64,000 nucleotides of DNA from Kribbella sp. (lineage in GTDB: Bacteria > Actinomycetota > Actinomycetes > Propionibacteriales > Kribbellaceae): positions 1,114 through 65,113 of the forward strand of contig NZ_DASRXP010000631.1 in NCBI RefSeq assembly GCF_035687465.1, given 5' to 3'. This document shows positions 26,467-36,223 of the stretch, one piece after another. A program made the position numbers and the translations under genes. Below the pieces are notes generated by a model that saw nothing but the letters and a program-made list of their open reading frames with translations, searched no databases and was not told where the DNA came from. The stretch's first letter is position 1. Each line of letters opens with the position of its first letter.

Positions 26467-27690
26467 TCAGCGGTACTCCGGCAAGGTGATCGCGCGGGCG
26501 GCCGCGTGAATGGGCTGGGTGATCCTCGCGATCATCCCGTCCTTGCCGGGCAGCTTCGGCAGCACCCGCATCATCACGGCGCCCATCCAGCTCTGGAACG
26601 CGTTCTTCGACACCATCCGGCCGAGGTTGTCCCGACCGAGCTTGAGGTTCTTCTCGACGTACGGCCGCATCAGTTGCTCGTAGCGCGCGAAGGCCCTGAT
26701 GTGGTCGCCTCCTGCCGACTTCAGCTCGCCTGCCAGCACGTAGGCCCCGACGAGCGCGAGGCTGCTGCCCTGACCGGAGGCGAAGGAGGGACAGTACGCC
26801 GCGTCGCCGACCAGGCTGATCCGTCCCGCGGAGTACCGCTCCAACTCCACCTGGCTGACCGTGTCGAAGTAGAAGTCGTCCGCTTCCTCGATGCCGTCCT
26901 GCAGCCGGTCTGTCTCCCAGCCGTTGCCGGCGAACGTGTCGCGCAGGATCTTCCGTTGCTGGGCGACATCCCGGCGGTCGTAACTGAAGCCCGGTGCATG
27001 GAAGAGGAAGAGTGCCTTGGCGTCGACGTCCTTGCCGGTGCTGTAGAGGTTCACGGTCCGGCCCGGAGTGCTGTAGATGAGCTCCCATCGATCGAGGGCC
27101 AGGTGGTTCGGGACTGTGCCGATGGAGACGCCGTGCCCGAGGTCGCGGACGAACCGGCTCTCCTGACCGAAGGCAAGCTCCCGGACCGCCGAGTGCAGCC
27201 CGTCCGCGCCGATCACCAGGTCGAACGTCCGCGGCTCCCCGTGCTGGAGCATCACCTCGACACCTTCGGCCGTCTGGCTCAGCCCGACCACGCTGTCCCC
27301 GAAGAGATAGTCCACCTCAGCCCGCGTCGCGTCGTACAGGATCTGGCTGAGGTCGCCGCGCATCACTTCGAGGTCGGCCTCGCCGCGACCCATGAAGAGG
27401 TCGGCGGGCACGCTGGCGAGCCGTTTGCCGGTCCTGTTCACGAAGGACATGAACTGCATGTCGGTCTCGAGGCCCTCGAGCCGGTCCTTCAGGCCCATCC
27501 GCTCGACCACGTCGATGGCAGCCCCGCGGACATCGATCTTGTAGCCGCCGGGGCGGAGAGTTGGCGCCCGTTCGAGCACTGTCGGCTCGAAGCCGTGGCG
27601 GTGCAACCAGTAGGCGAGCGCAGGTCCGGCGATACTCGCGCCGACGATCAGCACGCGACGGTTCTCGATGGTCAAGGTGCGGCCCCCCAA
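26467..27690 (-). CDS. FAD-dependent monooxygenase (aromatic-ring hydroxylase/TetX-like fold)
   Basis: RVLIVGASIAGPALAYWL dinucleotide motif, DLVIGADGLHSAVR and GDAAY motifs. A TTG start at 27690 or 27675 is uncertain. Confidence 0.85.
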   Translation of the reverse strand: MGGRTLTIENRRVLIVGASIAGPALAYWLHRHGFEPTVLERAPTLRPGGYKIDVRGAAIDVVERMGLKDRLEGLETDMQFMSFVNRTGKRLASVPADLFMGRGEADLEVMRGDLSQILYDATRAEVDYLFGDSVVGLSQTAEGVEVMLQHGEPRTFDLVIGADGLHSAVRELAFGQESRFVRDLGHGVSIGTVPNHLALDRWELIYSTPGRTVNLYSTGKDVDAKALFLFHAPGFSYDRRDVAQQRKILRDTFAGNGWETDRLQDGIEEADDFYFDTVSQVELERYSAGRISLVGDAAYCPSFASGQGSSLALVGAYVLAGELKSAGGDHIRAFARYEQLMRPYVEKNLKLGRDNLGRMVSKNAFQSWMGAVMMRVLPKLPGKDGMIARITQPIHAAARAITLPEYR

Positions 27691-27732
27691 CAGACGGACT
27701 CCGACGGCAGTTCATCACGACCGGCCTTTCAT

Positions 27733-29895
27733 TCACCTGTCGTCGCGTTCCAGGGCGATCGTCGGGATCGCCCGGTCGAGGCCGCGCGGGAGCCACCAGG
27801 CGCGGTCGCCGAGCAGGCGCAGTACGGCCGGAACGATGACGCAGCGGATCAGTACGGCATCGAGCAGGACCGCGACAGCCAGCCCCAGACCGAACTGCTG
27901 CAACATCCGGGACGGGCTGAGCAGGAACGCACCGAAGACGACGATCATGATCGCGGCCGCCGCGGTGATCACGGTGCCCGTGTTGGCCAGCCCTTCCCGG
28001 ACAGCCTCCCTGGCGTCACCGGTACGCCGCCACTCCTCGTGGATCCGGGAGATCAGGAACACCTCGTAGTCCATCGAGAGACCGAAGACGATCGCGAAGA
28101 TCATCACCGGGACGAATGCCTCGATCGGCCCTTGCTGGGCGCCGAACCAGCCGTGCTGGAAGACCAGCGTGATGGCCCCCAGCGACGCGCCGATGCTGAG
28201 CAGGTTGAGCAGCGCCGCCTTGATCGGGATCAGGATGGACCTGAAGACCGCCAGCAGCAGAAGGGCGGAGAGCCCGACCACGACCAGCACGAAGATCGGC
28301 AGCCGGTTGCTGACCGCCGCCGCGAAGTCGTCGGCTGCGGCGGTGGCACCACCGATCAGGTAGGTGGCATTGGTGTCCGCGGACAGCGCCGGGAGGGTCG
28401 TGTCCCGGAGCCGCTGGACCAGGTCGCTGGTCGCCTCGTCCTGCGGTGCGGACTTCGGGAACGCCATCACGGTCGCGACCTTGCCGTCGGCCATCAACTG
28501 TGGCGGGGTCACTGCAGCGATGCCGGGATCCGTTGCCAGCTTGGCGTTCAGCGCCTCGGCAGCCGCCTGGTCTCCTTCGGACACGACGATCAGCGGACCG
28601 TTGAAGCCCGGCCCGAATCCCTGGGCCAGCAGGTCGTACGCCTTCCGGGTGGTGGTGGCCGGGTCGTCCGTGCCGGCGTCCGCGAAACCGAGGCGGAGGT
28701 CGAGAGCCGGCAGGCACATCGCGACCAGCGCGGCCGTTCCGGCCAGCAGCGGCACCCACGGACGACGCTGGATCAGAACAGCCAGCTTCCGCCAGCCATC
28801 ACCAGGGTGACGCCGCGACTTGGCGGCGTGCTTGCGAACACTGCGCTCGATCCGCTTGCCGAACAGGGTGAGCAACGCCGGCAGCAGACTCACGGCGGCG
28901 AGCATGGTCATCAGCACGGTCAACGTGACGCCCAGAGCGACCCCTTGCAGCGCACCGAGCCCGAGCGCGAGCAGACCGAGTAGAGCGATGACGACCGTGC
29001 AGCCGGCGAACAGCACCGAGCGTCCCGCGGTGTCGAGCGCGATCTGGGCTGCCCTCGGACGGTCGACGCCGTTGAGGATCTCGCTGCGGTAGCGGGAGAA
29101 GATCAGCAGGGCGTAGTCGATGCCGACGCCCAGTCCGACCAACATCATCACCGGGGCCGTGTAGTCGGGGACCGTGAACAGGTGCGACGCGAGCACCAGC
29201 AGGCCGAGCGTGCTGCCCACCGCGAACAACGCGGTCAGCAGCGGCAGGCTCGCGGCCAGCAGTGAGCCGAAGAGGAAGACCAGAATCACCAGCGCGGCAA
29301 GGATTCCCGCGCCTTCCGACGCGCCGCCGCTGCTTTCCTGCGCCCCGCGCACGAGGTCGCCGCCGAGCTCCACCTGCAGGCCGCTGCCGTCGATCTCCTG
29401 CGCCTTGGCGATGATCGTGCGCACATCCTCGGCGGGCATGTCGGGCGCCGCCACATCCAGCGCCACAGTCGCGTACGCCGTCTGTCCGTCGGCGGAAACC
29501 GATCCCCTGGCCGTGAAGGGGTCCGCCACGTCCGCGACGTGCGGAAGCGTGCCGACCTCGGTCAGCATCGTGGTGATCCGGCTCCGGGTGGCCGGCTGGG
29601 ACAGCCCGGCCCCGTCGTGCAGGACGATCTGGATCGAATCGGTGGAGGCTTCCGGCTGGTGCTCCTGGAAGGTCTCGATCACCCGCTGCGAGTCGGTGCC
29701 CGGCAGCGAGGTGTCGTTGCGGTACTCGTTCCCCACGAGTGTCGAGGCCACCGTGACGGCGACGAGAGCGAGCACCCACAGCAGGACGGCGGGACCCGCG
29801 TGGCGCATCGCCCAACCGGAGACGCGGTGCAGCAGGCCACTCTTCCGCGGCGGCGCCCCTCCTGCGGTCGGTCGCTGGGACGTGTCGACGGTCAT
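27733..29895 (-). CDS. MMPL family (RND superfamily) transporter
   Basis: 720 aa with two 6-TM bundles and two extracytoplasmic loops. Motifs MLVGLGVGIDYALLIFSRY and IVFGLSMDYEVFLISRI. Confidence 0.9.
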   Translation of the reverse strand: MTVDTSQRPTAGGAPPRKSGLLHRVSGWAMRHAGPAVLLWVLALVAVTVASTLVGNEYRNDTSLPGTDSQRVIETFQEHQPEASTDSIQIVLHDGAGLSQPATRSRITTMLTEVGTLPHVADVADPFTARGSVSADGQTAYATVALDVAAPDMPAEDVRTIIAKAQEIDGSGLQVELGGDLVRGAQESSGGASEGAGILAALVILVFLFGSLLAASLPLLTALFAVGSTLGLLVLASHLFTVPDYTAPVMMLVGLGVGIDYALLIFSRYRSEILNGVDRPRAAQIALDTAGRSVLFAGCTVVIALLGLLALGLGALQGVALGVTLTVLMTMLAAVSLLPALLTLFGKRIERSVRKHAAKSRRHPGDGWRKLAVLIQRRPWVPLLAGTAALVAMCLPALDLRLGFADAGTDDPATTTRKAYDLLAQGFGPGFNGPLIVVSEGDQAAAEALNAKLATDPGIAAVTPPQLMADGKVATVMAFPKSAPQDEATSDLVQRLRDTTLPALSADTNATYLIGGATAAADDFAAAVSNRLPIFVLVVVGLSALLLLAVFRSILIPIKAALLNLLSIGASLGAITLVFQHGWFGAQQGPIEAFVPVMIFAIVFGLSMDYEVFLISRIHEEWRRTGDAREAVREGLANTGTVITAAAAIMIVVFGAFLLSPSRMLQQFGLGLAVAVLLDAVLIRCVIVPAVLRLLGDRAWWLPRGLDRAIPTIALERDDR

Positions 29896-29914
29896 GTTCG
29901 GCTCCCTAAGTTGC

Positions 29915-29983
29915 GGCTACATGTAGCGCGTCTACATGTTGCCTATCGACAGTAGCAGCTCTATGAGTAGACTGGCTACATGA
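29915..29983. promoter_or_regulatory. Candidate PadR operators in the divergent MMPL/PadR intergenic
   Basis: Palindrome CTACATGTAG (29917-29926) and a second CTACATGT (29932-29939); this gives ATGT-N9-ACAT. GGCTACATG is repeated at 29915-29923 and 29974-29982, the latter overlapping the PadR ATG. Confidence 0.45.
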
Positions 29984-30318
29984 AGGCAGATGCACTCAGG
30001 GGACACCTCGATCCGATGATCCTGGCCGTGGTCGAGCACGAACCGCTGCACGGCTACGCGGTGATGGAGGCCCTGCTGGAGCGCAGCGGCGGCGCGCTCG
30101 ACCTGCCGACGGGCACCCTCTATCCGGCGCTCCGCCGACTCGAGCGGGCCGGCTACCTGTCCAGCGAGTGGAGCACGGTGAGTGGGCGCAAGCGGCGCAC
30201 GTACCAGCTCACTTCAGCGGGTCAGAAGATGCTTGCCACCGGCAAGAGTGAGTGGGACACCTTCCGCACGGTCGTCGAGGGCGTTCTCCGCCCCGCACCG
30301 GGTGAGGCTTCAGGCTAG
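29980..30318 (+). CDS. PadR family transcriptional regulator
   Basis: LDPMILAVVEHEPLHGYAVMEAL...GTLYPALRRLERAGYLSSEW winged-helix signature. Confidence 0.88.
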   Translation: MKADALRGHLDPMILAVVEHEPLHGYAVMEALLERSGGALDLPTGTLYPALRRLERAGYLSSEWSTVSGRKRRTYQLTSAGQKMLATGKSEWDTFRTVVEGVLRPAPGEASG

Positions 30319-30972
30319 GCGCAGGCAGCGGTACGCCGAGCGCGTCACGAGTGTCAGCGGCAGCAGAGTGAACCCTCCGACCACCGCCAGACCGCCCAGG
30401 TCCGAGCCGTGCAACTCAGGGCTCCACAGCCCCATGCAAACAGCGATCGCGCCGACCAGCACGCAACTCACCAGTGCGAAGATCGCCGTCGTCCTGGTCG
30501 CCCGGTCCCGGACGACCGGATAGCGCAGCCCCAGCCCGGTCGCCACCAGCGCCAGCACGGCACCGATGATCGCCAGCATCCCGATCACTTCGACGGCCTG
30601 GTTGAGCAGACCGATGAAGGCGTTCGGCGACTCCGGCTCCTGGGTCCAGGCCCAGGCGCCTTGTTGCCAGACGATCGGCTGGGCCAGCAGCGCCAGGCAG
30701 AGCATCAAAGCCGTCTGCCGCCCCTGCGCGATGCCGAGCTCGGACCGGTACCCCGGCACCACCTCGGACAGCTCACCGAAGTCGGCGACCGCCGACTCCT
30801 GGGCCTGCCGCTGGCTCAGGCCGTCTGCTTCGAAGGCCTCGGTGGCGTCGACGAGACTGTCCCTCGCCTCGGCCAGCAGGTCCGCCTTGCGACGGCGAGG
30901 TCCGCTCAGTGCATGGCTCAGCCCGGTCAGGTACGTCTCGACCGGGTCCTGCGTGGCGATGCGACTGGACAC
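30310..30972 (-). CDS. Hypothetical membrane protein with an N-terminal helical domain of the kind usually paired with PadR regulators (DUF1700-like)
   Basis: N-terminus VETYLTGLSHALSGPRRRKADLLAEARDSLVDATEAF, followed by 4 TM segments. Family assignment is tentative. Confidence 0.55.
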   Translation of the reverse strand: MSSRIATQDPVETYLTGLSHALSGPRRRKADLLAEARDSLVDATEAFEADGLSQRQAQESAVADFGELSEVVPGYRSELGIAQGRQTALMLCLALLAQPIVWQQGAWAWTQEPESPNAFIGLLNQAVEVIGMLAIIGAVLALVATGLGLRYPVVRDRATRTTAIFALVSCVLVGAIAVCMGLWSPELHGSDLGGLAVVGGFTLLPLTLVTRSAYRCLRLA

Positions 30973-31039
30973 CCCTCAAGTATGGGGACCACCGGCACCC
31001 ACCACGTCCGGGTGTCCACTGACCTGTCCCTGGTTCTGG

Positions 31040-31417
31040 TCAGGGGTTGGCGGTAACCCGCTGCCTCGACCGACGGCGGATCAGGAAGAACCCGACGTAC
31101 GAGATGACCACCAGGGCGAACCCGACCTTCTCCGCGGTCGGCGTGGCTCCCTCTGGCCAGATCCTGCCGTCCAGGTAGTGGTTGATGTAGCCGGCCTCGT
31201 ACGTCTCCTCGCCGCCCTTGCGGCGGAAGTACTTCTCCGACCCGGTCAGCGGGCAGTCGTAGTCGAGGATCACGATGGCCAGATTCCACCCGATGACGGC
31301 CAGGTGCGCCCAGATCACCTTGCTCCACCGCCAGGCCAGGAAGCCGCCGAGCACGAAGAAGAGCAGGAACGCCCCGTGCAGGATCATCATGACGTCGCCG
31401 AGGAAGCGGTAGACCAT
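31040..31417 (-). CDS. DUF2784 domain-containing membrane protein
   Basis: MILHGAFLLFFVLGGFLAWRW...WNLAIVILDYDCPLTGSEKYFRRKGG matches this small conserved membrane family. Confidence 0.7.
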   Translation of the reverse strand: MVYRFLGDVMMILHGAFLLFFVLGGFLAWRWSKVIWAHLAVIGWNLAIVILDYDCPLTGSEKYFRRKGGEETYEAGYINHYLDGRIWPEGATPTAEKVGFALVVISYVGFFLIRRRSRQRVTANP

Positions 31418-31450
31418 GGTGGCGATCGTCCCTTCTCTGCCGCGTCCGGG

Positions 31451-32137
31451 CTAGGTGGTGGCGTCTCCGACTGATCTGGTGGTCCGGATCGGTTCCCGGC
31501 TGAGGCCGTCCCGGACGGTCACCGGCCTCGGTTGCGCGGGCTCGGGCCGGATCGCGCCCATCAACCGCTCGACCGCGGCCTCCATCTCACTGCGCCAGGT
31601 GACGGCCGACCGGAGGTCCAGCCGGAGCCGCGGATGCCGAGGATGCTCCCGTACGACGCCGAAGCCCACCGCCTGCAGGAAGTCCGTCGGCCACACGCAT
31701 CCCGGGCCGTCCCAGCGGGAGTCCCCGAACGCCTCGACCGCCCGGAATCCGCGCTTCAGCACGTCCTTCGCCACGGCCTGGACCAGGATCTTGCCGAGCC
31801 CCATCCCGAGATACCGCGGCAGGATCCGCCCTGTGGCGAGCACCACAGCATCGGGGCTCACCGGTGCCGTCGGGAACGCCTGGATCCTTGGCAGGTAGGC
31901 GGCCGGCGCGTAGACGGCGTACCCGGCCGGCTCGTCGTCGACGTACAGGACGACGCCGGCGGTCCCCCAGTCGAGCAGCAACTGGGAGAGCCACGCTTCC
32001 TTCTCCAGGCCGGTGTCGCCGTTGCGGCCGGCGTGGTTCGCCGCGACCGGGTCGAGCTCCCAGAACACACAGGCACGGCAGGGTCCCGGCAACTCGTCCA
32101 GATTGGCGAGCGTGAGCGGTTCCAGCCGTCGCGCCAT
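31451..32137 (-). CDS. GNAT family N-acetyltransferase
   Basis: ORF 31451..32266 trimmed to ATG 32137 (MARRLEPLTLANLDELPGPCRACVFWE). Acetyl-CoA region RILPRYLGMGLGKILVQAV. Confidence 0.7.
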   Translation of the reverse strand: MARRLEPLTLANLDELPGPCRACVFWELDPVAANHAGRNGDTGLEKEAWLSQLLLDWGTAGVVLYVDDEPAGYAVYAPAAYLPRIQAFPTAPVSPDAVVLATGRILPRYLGMGLGKILVQAVAKDVLKRGFRAVEAFGDSRWDGPGCVWPTDFLQAVGFGVVREHPRHPRLRLDLRSAVTWRSEMEAAVERLMGAIRPEPAQPRPVTVRDGLSREPIRTTRSVGDATT

Positions 32138-32159
32138 CAGAGCAACCGTCGGCTCGGGC

Positions 32160-32336
32160 TCATCGGGCCGCCGGCGCCGGGGTCCGTGCGCCGGGGGTCT
32201 GCGCCGCCTCGGGAGCGACGTAGCGCTGCTGCACCTTGGCCGCCGGTTGTCGGCGGAACAGCTCACCGGCGAACCCGGCGAGCACGCCCAGGAGGAGTCC
32301 GCCGAGCATCCAGCCGAACGCTTTCCCCACGCTCAT
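32160..32336 (-). CDS. Candidate small membrane protein (58 aa)
   Basis: Not in the track (under 60 aa). ATG 32336-32334 gives MSVGKAFGWMLGGLLLGVLAGFAGELFRRQPAAKVQQRYVAPEAAQTPGARTPAPAAR, with TGA at 32162-32160. One clear TM helix; a purine-rich stretch precedes the ATG. Confidence 0.35.
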   Translation of the reverse strand: MSVGKAFGWMLGGLLLGVLAGFAGELFRRQPAAKVQQRYVAPEAAQTPGARTPAPAAR

Positions 32337-32529
32337 CCCGTCCCTGCCTTCCGCAGCACTCAGAGTCGCGCCGGGGCGGGAGGACCGGTGCCCGGCCGTC
32401 TCAAACGGCAGTCGCCGGCATGGTCGAACCTGCCCCTATAAGGCATGGTAGTGAGAGGTTGCACCGTTCGGCAGCCCGGGCTCGCGAACACGCTCGGCTA
32501 CTTCGGCGTAGCCTGGTGCCTTCCCCTCG

Positions 32530-33864
32530 TTGCCCTGTACTTGGAGCCGCTCCGTGAGTGCTGACCTGCCCGATGTCCGGCAGACCCGTCTCGACAACTA
32601 CGTCGATCGGTACGCAGCACGGACCAAGGGTATGACCGCATCCGAGATCCGGGCGCTGTTCTCCGTGGCCAGCCGGCCCGAGGTGGTCTCGCTGGCGGGC
32701 GGCATGCCGAACATCGCCGGGCTCCCGCTCGACGTGGTCGGCGGCGCGGTCCGGGACCTGGTGATCGACAACGGCGCCGTCGCGATGCAGTACGGCTCGG
32801 GCCAGGGTGATCCGACCCTGCGCGACCAGATCTGCGACGTGATGCGGCTGGAGGGGATCGAGGCTCATCCCGACGACGTGGTCGTCACCGTCGGCAGCCA
32901 GCAGGCCGTCGACCTGGTCACCCGGGTGTTCTGTGATCCGGGCGACGTGGTCATCTGCGAGGCACCCTCGTACGTCGGTGCGCTGGGTGTGTTCCGCGCC
33001 TACCAGTGTGAGGTCGTCCACGTCGCCATGGATGACGACGGGGTTCAGCCGGAGGCGCTGGAGCAGGCGATCGACGCGGTCCGGGCGGCCGGCAAGAAGA
33101 TCAAGTTCTTCTACACGATCCCGAACTTCCACAATCCCGCCGGTGTCTCGCTGTCGGCCGAGCGCCGCCACAAGGTGCTGGAGATCTGCCAGCGCGCGGA
33201 CCTGCTGGTGCTGGAGGACAACCCGTACGGGCTGCTCGGCTTCGACGGAGATCCGCATCGCGCGCTGCGGGCGGACGATCGCGAGGGTGTGATCTACCTC
33301 GGGTCGTTCTCCAAGACGTTCGCGCCGGGCTTCCGGGTGGGTTGGGCAGTCGCGCCGCACGCAGTACGGGAGAAGTTGGTACTGGCGCAGGAGTCCGCGA
33401 CGTTGTGTCCCCCGGTGTTCAGTCAGCTGGCGATCTCGTCGTACCTGACCAGGCACGACTGGCTCGGACAGGTGAAGCAGTTCCAGGAGATGTACCGCGA
33501 GCGCCGTGACGCGATGCTCGCGGCGCTCGCCGACAAGATGCCTGCGGCAACGACCTGGACCCGGCCCGGTGGTGGGTTCTACGTCTGGCTGACTCTGCCG
33601 GAAGGACTGGACGCGAAGGCGATGCTGCCGCGCGCCGTCACCGCCCGGGTCGCCTATGTGCCCGGAACCGCCTTCTTCGCCGACGGTTTCGGCTCCCAGT
33701 GCATGCGCCTGTCGTACTGTCATCCGACGCCGGAGCGGATCACCGAAGGGGTCGCGCGGCTGGCCGGCGTGATCAACGAGGAGCTCGAGTTGCGGCAGAC
33801 CTTCGGTCCGCTGACGCCCGGGCCGCGCGGCAACTACGACGCTCCGGGTCCGGAGCTGAGCTGA
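32530..33864 (+). CDS. PLP-dependent aminotransferase (class I/II)
   Basis: GMPNIAGLP, NPAGVS, and SFSKTFAPGFRVGW (the PLP-lysine motif). The start is uncertain: TTG 32530 or the downstream GTG at VSADLPD. Confidence 0.85.
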   Translation: MPCTWSRSVSADLPDVRQTRLDNYVDRYAARTKGMTASEIRALFSVASRPEVVSLAGGMPNIAGLPLDVVGGAVRDLVIDNGAVAMQYGSGQGDPTLRDQICDVMRLEGIEAHPDDVVVTVGSQQAVDLVTRVFCDPGDVVICEAPSYVGALGVFRAYQCEVVHVAMDDDGVQPEALEQAIDAVRAAGKKIKFFYTIPNFHNPAGVSLSAERRHKVLEICQRADLLVLEDNPYGLLGFDGDPHRALRADDREGVIYLGSFSKTFAPGFRVGWAVAPHAVREKLVLAQESATLCPPVFSQLAISSYLTRHDWLGQVKQFQEMYRERRDAMLAALADKMPAATTWTRPGGGFYVWLTLPEGLDAKAMLPRAVTARVAYVPGTAFFADGFGSQCMRLSYCHPTPERITEGVARLAGVINEELELRQTFGPLTPGPRGNYDAPGPELS

Positions 33865-33972
33865 GCTGGTGCCGGGCTCCGGGTTAGTCGCACCCCCGGT
33901 AGCGGTACCGTTCAAATGGGCCTCGGGACCGGCGCCCTGCCGGAGTCGCCCACGAGTGATCGGGAAACTTCT

Positions 33973-34920
33973 ATGAGTGATCTGGGTCGAGTGCTGGTGC
34001 TGGCCGGCGGTCTGTCGCACGAACGCGACGTCTCGCTGCGATCCGGCCGGAGGGTCACCGACGCTTTGCGCAGCGTCGGAGTCGAGGTCGAGCTCCGCGA
34101 CGTCGACGCCGGCCTGGTCGAACGTCTGCGCAACGATCCGCCCGACGCGGTGTTTCCGGTCCTGCATGGCGTGACCGGCGAGGACGGGGCCCTCCGCCAG
34201 GTCCTCGACCTGTACGGCGTGCCGTACGTCGGCGCCGATGCAGCCGCCTGCCGGACGGCTTTCGACAAGCCAGTCGCCAGCACCATGGTCGGCTCCGCCG
34301 GCCTCCGTACGCCGGAGTCGGTGGTGCTCGGGCACGACACGTTCCGCGAACTGGGTGCCGCCGCGCTGATGGAGGCGGTGATCGGCCAGATCGGTCTGCC
34401 GCTCGTGGTCAAGCCCGCGCGAGGTGGATCCGCTCTTGGCGCCTCGATCGTGCGCTCCGCCGCCGAGCTGCCGACCGCGATGGTGAACTGCTACGCCTAC
34501 GGGCCGGTGGCTCTGATCGAGGAGTACATCGACGGCACCGAGGTGGCCGTCACGGTGGTGGACACCGGCGACGGGCCACGGGTGCTGCCGGCCGTGGAGA
34601 TCCGGCCGGACTCGGGGTTCTACGACTACGAGGCCCGCTACACCGCGGGGGCCACCCAGTTCGTCGTACCGGCTCGGCTTGAGCTGTCCGTGGCCAAGGC
34701 TTGCGCTGCTGCGGCGATCACCGCACATCAGGCGCTGGGGTTGCGGGATCTGTCGCGCTCCGATCTGGTCGTCGATGCCGAGGGCGTTCCGTGGTTCCTC
34801 GAAGTGAACGTCGCACCAGGGATGACGGAGACGTCTCTCGTTCCGCTGGCTGCTGAAGCGGCTGGGGTGGAGCTCGGCGTTCTCTGCCGCGATCTGCTGG
34901 CTGCTGCGGCCGCCCGCTGA
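33973..34920 (+). CDS. ddl: D-alanine--D-alanine ligase
   Basis: MSDLGRVLVLAGGLSHERDVSLRSG, FPVLHGVTGEDGALQ-type motif, ATP-grasp region, and LEVNVAPGMTETS. Confidence 0.9.
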   Translation: MSDLGRVLVLAGGLSHERDVSLRSGRRVTDALRSVGVEVELRDVDAGLVERLRNDPPDAVFPVLHGVTGEDGALRQVLDLYGVPYVGADAAACRTAFDKPVASTMVGSAGLRTPESVVLGHDTFRELGAAALMEAVIGQIGLPLVVKPARGGSALGASIVRSAAELPTAMVNCYAYGPVALIEEYIDGTEVAVTVVDTGDGPRVLPAVEIRPDSGFYDYEARYTAGATQFVVPARLELSVAKACAAAAITAHQALGLRDLSRSDLVVDAEGVPWFLEVNVAPGMTETSLVPLAAEAAGVELGVLCRDLLAAAAAR

Positions 34921-34927
34921 GGTCCTG

Positions 34928-35800
34928 ATGCCAGTCGCGCCGACCACTGAGCCTGTGTCCACCGCCCCTCAGCCGCCGGCGCGACCGCTGTGGCGGACAG
35001 CTCTGACGCCTCGCTGGACGGGGCTGCTCTTACTTGCTCTCGCGATCGCAGCGGTGATGTCGGTGCTGGGTGTGTGGCAGTTGGACGTGTACCGGTCCAA
35101 GACGGACGCGGCGACCGCCAAGCGTGCGGAGGCCGAGCCTGTCTCACTGCAGTCGCTCTTCCCGATCGACGCCGGACTGCCGTCCAAGGCCGTCGGTCGA
35201 CGTGTCACGGTTACCGGCACCTGGGGACCGGCAGCGGACCAGATCTTCGTCTCGGACCGGCGGGTCAATGATCGCGACGGCTATTGGGTTGTCACCCCGC
35301 TCCTGCTCGAGCAGGGCTCGCAGAACGTCGGGAACACCGATGGCCAACCAAGTGAAGCAGTGATGGTCGTTCGCGGCTGGGTCGCCGCAGTGGAGGACCC
35401 GGCGGCGACTCCCCCATCGGGCTCGGTTGCGATCACTGGTGCCGTTGCGGCCTCGGAGGCCCAGGACGCATCCGGCGACGCCTCCAAGGGGCGGGTCCTG
35501 CAGTCGCTGCGCATCCCGACGATCGTTCACCTCGTCGACTACCGCATCTACGACGCCTTCGTCGTGCTCGCCTCCAGCACGCCGGCCCTCGCCGCTGACG
35601 CCGCGCCCGCGATCGTGCCGGCGCCGAGCCCGCCGACGGACCACGCTGGCTTGCGCAACGTCGCCTATGCCTTCCAGTGGTGGATCTTCGCGGCCTTCAC
35701 GCTCTGGATGTGGGGCCGGATGGTCCTGGACGCCCACCGCTCCACCGAGGCCGACCAGGACGATGACGCCATTGGGGCAAGCGGTACCGTTTCAGCGTGA
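34928..35800 (+). CDS. SURF1 family protein
   Basis: N-terminal TM followed by LGVWQLDVYRSK (the WQL motif). C-terminal TM with NVAYAFQWWIFA. Confidence 0.75.
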   Translation: MPVAPTTEPVSTAPQPPARPLWRTALTPRWTGLLLLALAIAAVMSVLGVWQLDVYRSKTDAATAKRAEAEPVSLQSLFPIDAGLPSKAVGRRVTVTGTWGPAADQIFVSDRRVNDRDGYWVVTPLLLEQGSQNVGNTDGQPSEAVMVVRGWVAAVEDPAATPPSGSVAITGAVAASEAQDASGDASKGRVLQSLRIPTIVHLVDYRIYDAFVVLASSTPALAADAAPAIVPAPSPPTDHAGLRNVAYAFQWWIFAAFTLWMWGRMVLDAHRSTEADQDDDAIGASGTVSA

Positions 35801-36168
35801 CCTCCCCCGTAGACCCCGCCACGTCCGCCTCAGGTTCCCAGGCCTCGCCGGGTTCCTCCCTCACGCCGGCCATCCGGGGCGCACTCACCCGCTACCGCGT
35901 GATCGCGTACGTCGTGGGTGTGATGCTCCTGGTCCTGCTCTTCGTCGCGATGCCGCTCAAGTACCTCGGCGACGATCCGTCCGCGATGAACGTCGTCGGT
36001 CCGCTGCACGGCTTCCTGTACATGGTCTACCTGCTCGCCACCTTCGACCTGTTCCGCCGGGTCCGCTGGTCCCTCCCCCGGCTCGTCCTGGTCGCCCTGG
36101 CCGGCACCATCCCGTTCCTGTCGTTCTACGCGGAGCGCAAGACCACCCACGAACTGACCCGCTCGTAG
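35797..36168 (+). CDS. DUF3817 domain-containing membrane protein
   Basis: YRVIAYVVGVMLLVLLFVAMPLKY...GPLHGFLYMVYL...AGTIPFLSF is typical of the family. 4-nt overlap with the SURF1 stop. Confidence 0.75.
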   Translation: MTSPVDPATSASGSQASPGSSLTPAIRGALTRYRVIAYVVGVMLLVLLFVAMPLKYLGDDPSAMNVVGPLHGFLYMVYLLATFDLFRRVRWSLPRLVLVALAGTIPFLSFYAERKTTHELTRS

Positions 36169-36183
36169 CCGCGGCGGGCCGAA

Positions 36184-36199
36184 TGTTTCACATGAAACA
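36184..36199. promoter_or_regulatory. parS-like centromere site (one central mismatch)
   Basis: TGTTTCACATGAAACA versus the consensus TGTTTCACGTGAAACA. It is embedded in the longer near-palindrome GAATGTTTCACATGAAACATTC (36181-36202). Confidence 0.6.
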
Positions 36200-36223
36200 T
36201 TCGGCCGATAGGTCGCCAAGTAG

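Noticed and set aside
26506-28983. 825-aa plus-strand ORF spanning the FAD monooxygenase and MMPL loci
   Set aside because: It lies antisense to two genes with clear family signatures. Its translation is Arg/Gly/Asp/His/Pro-rich low complexity with no motif, which is the typical shadow ORF of a high-GC genome.
32401-34962. 853-aa minus-strand ORF
   Set aside because: It lies antisense to the aminotransferase and ddl genes, both of which have unambiguous motifs. The composition is shadow-frame-like.
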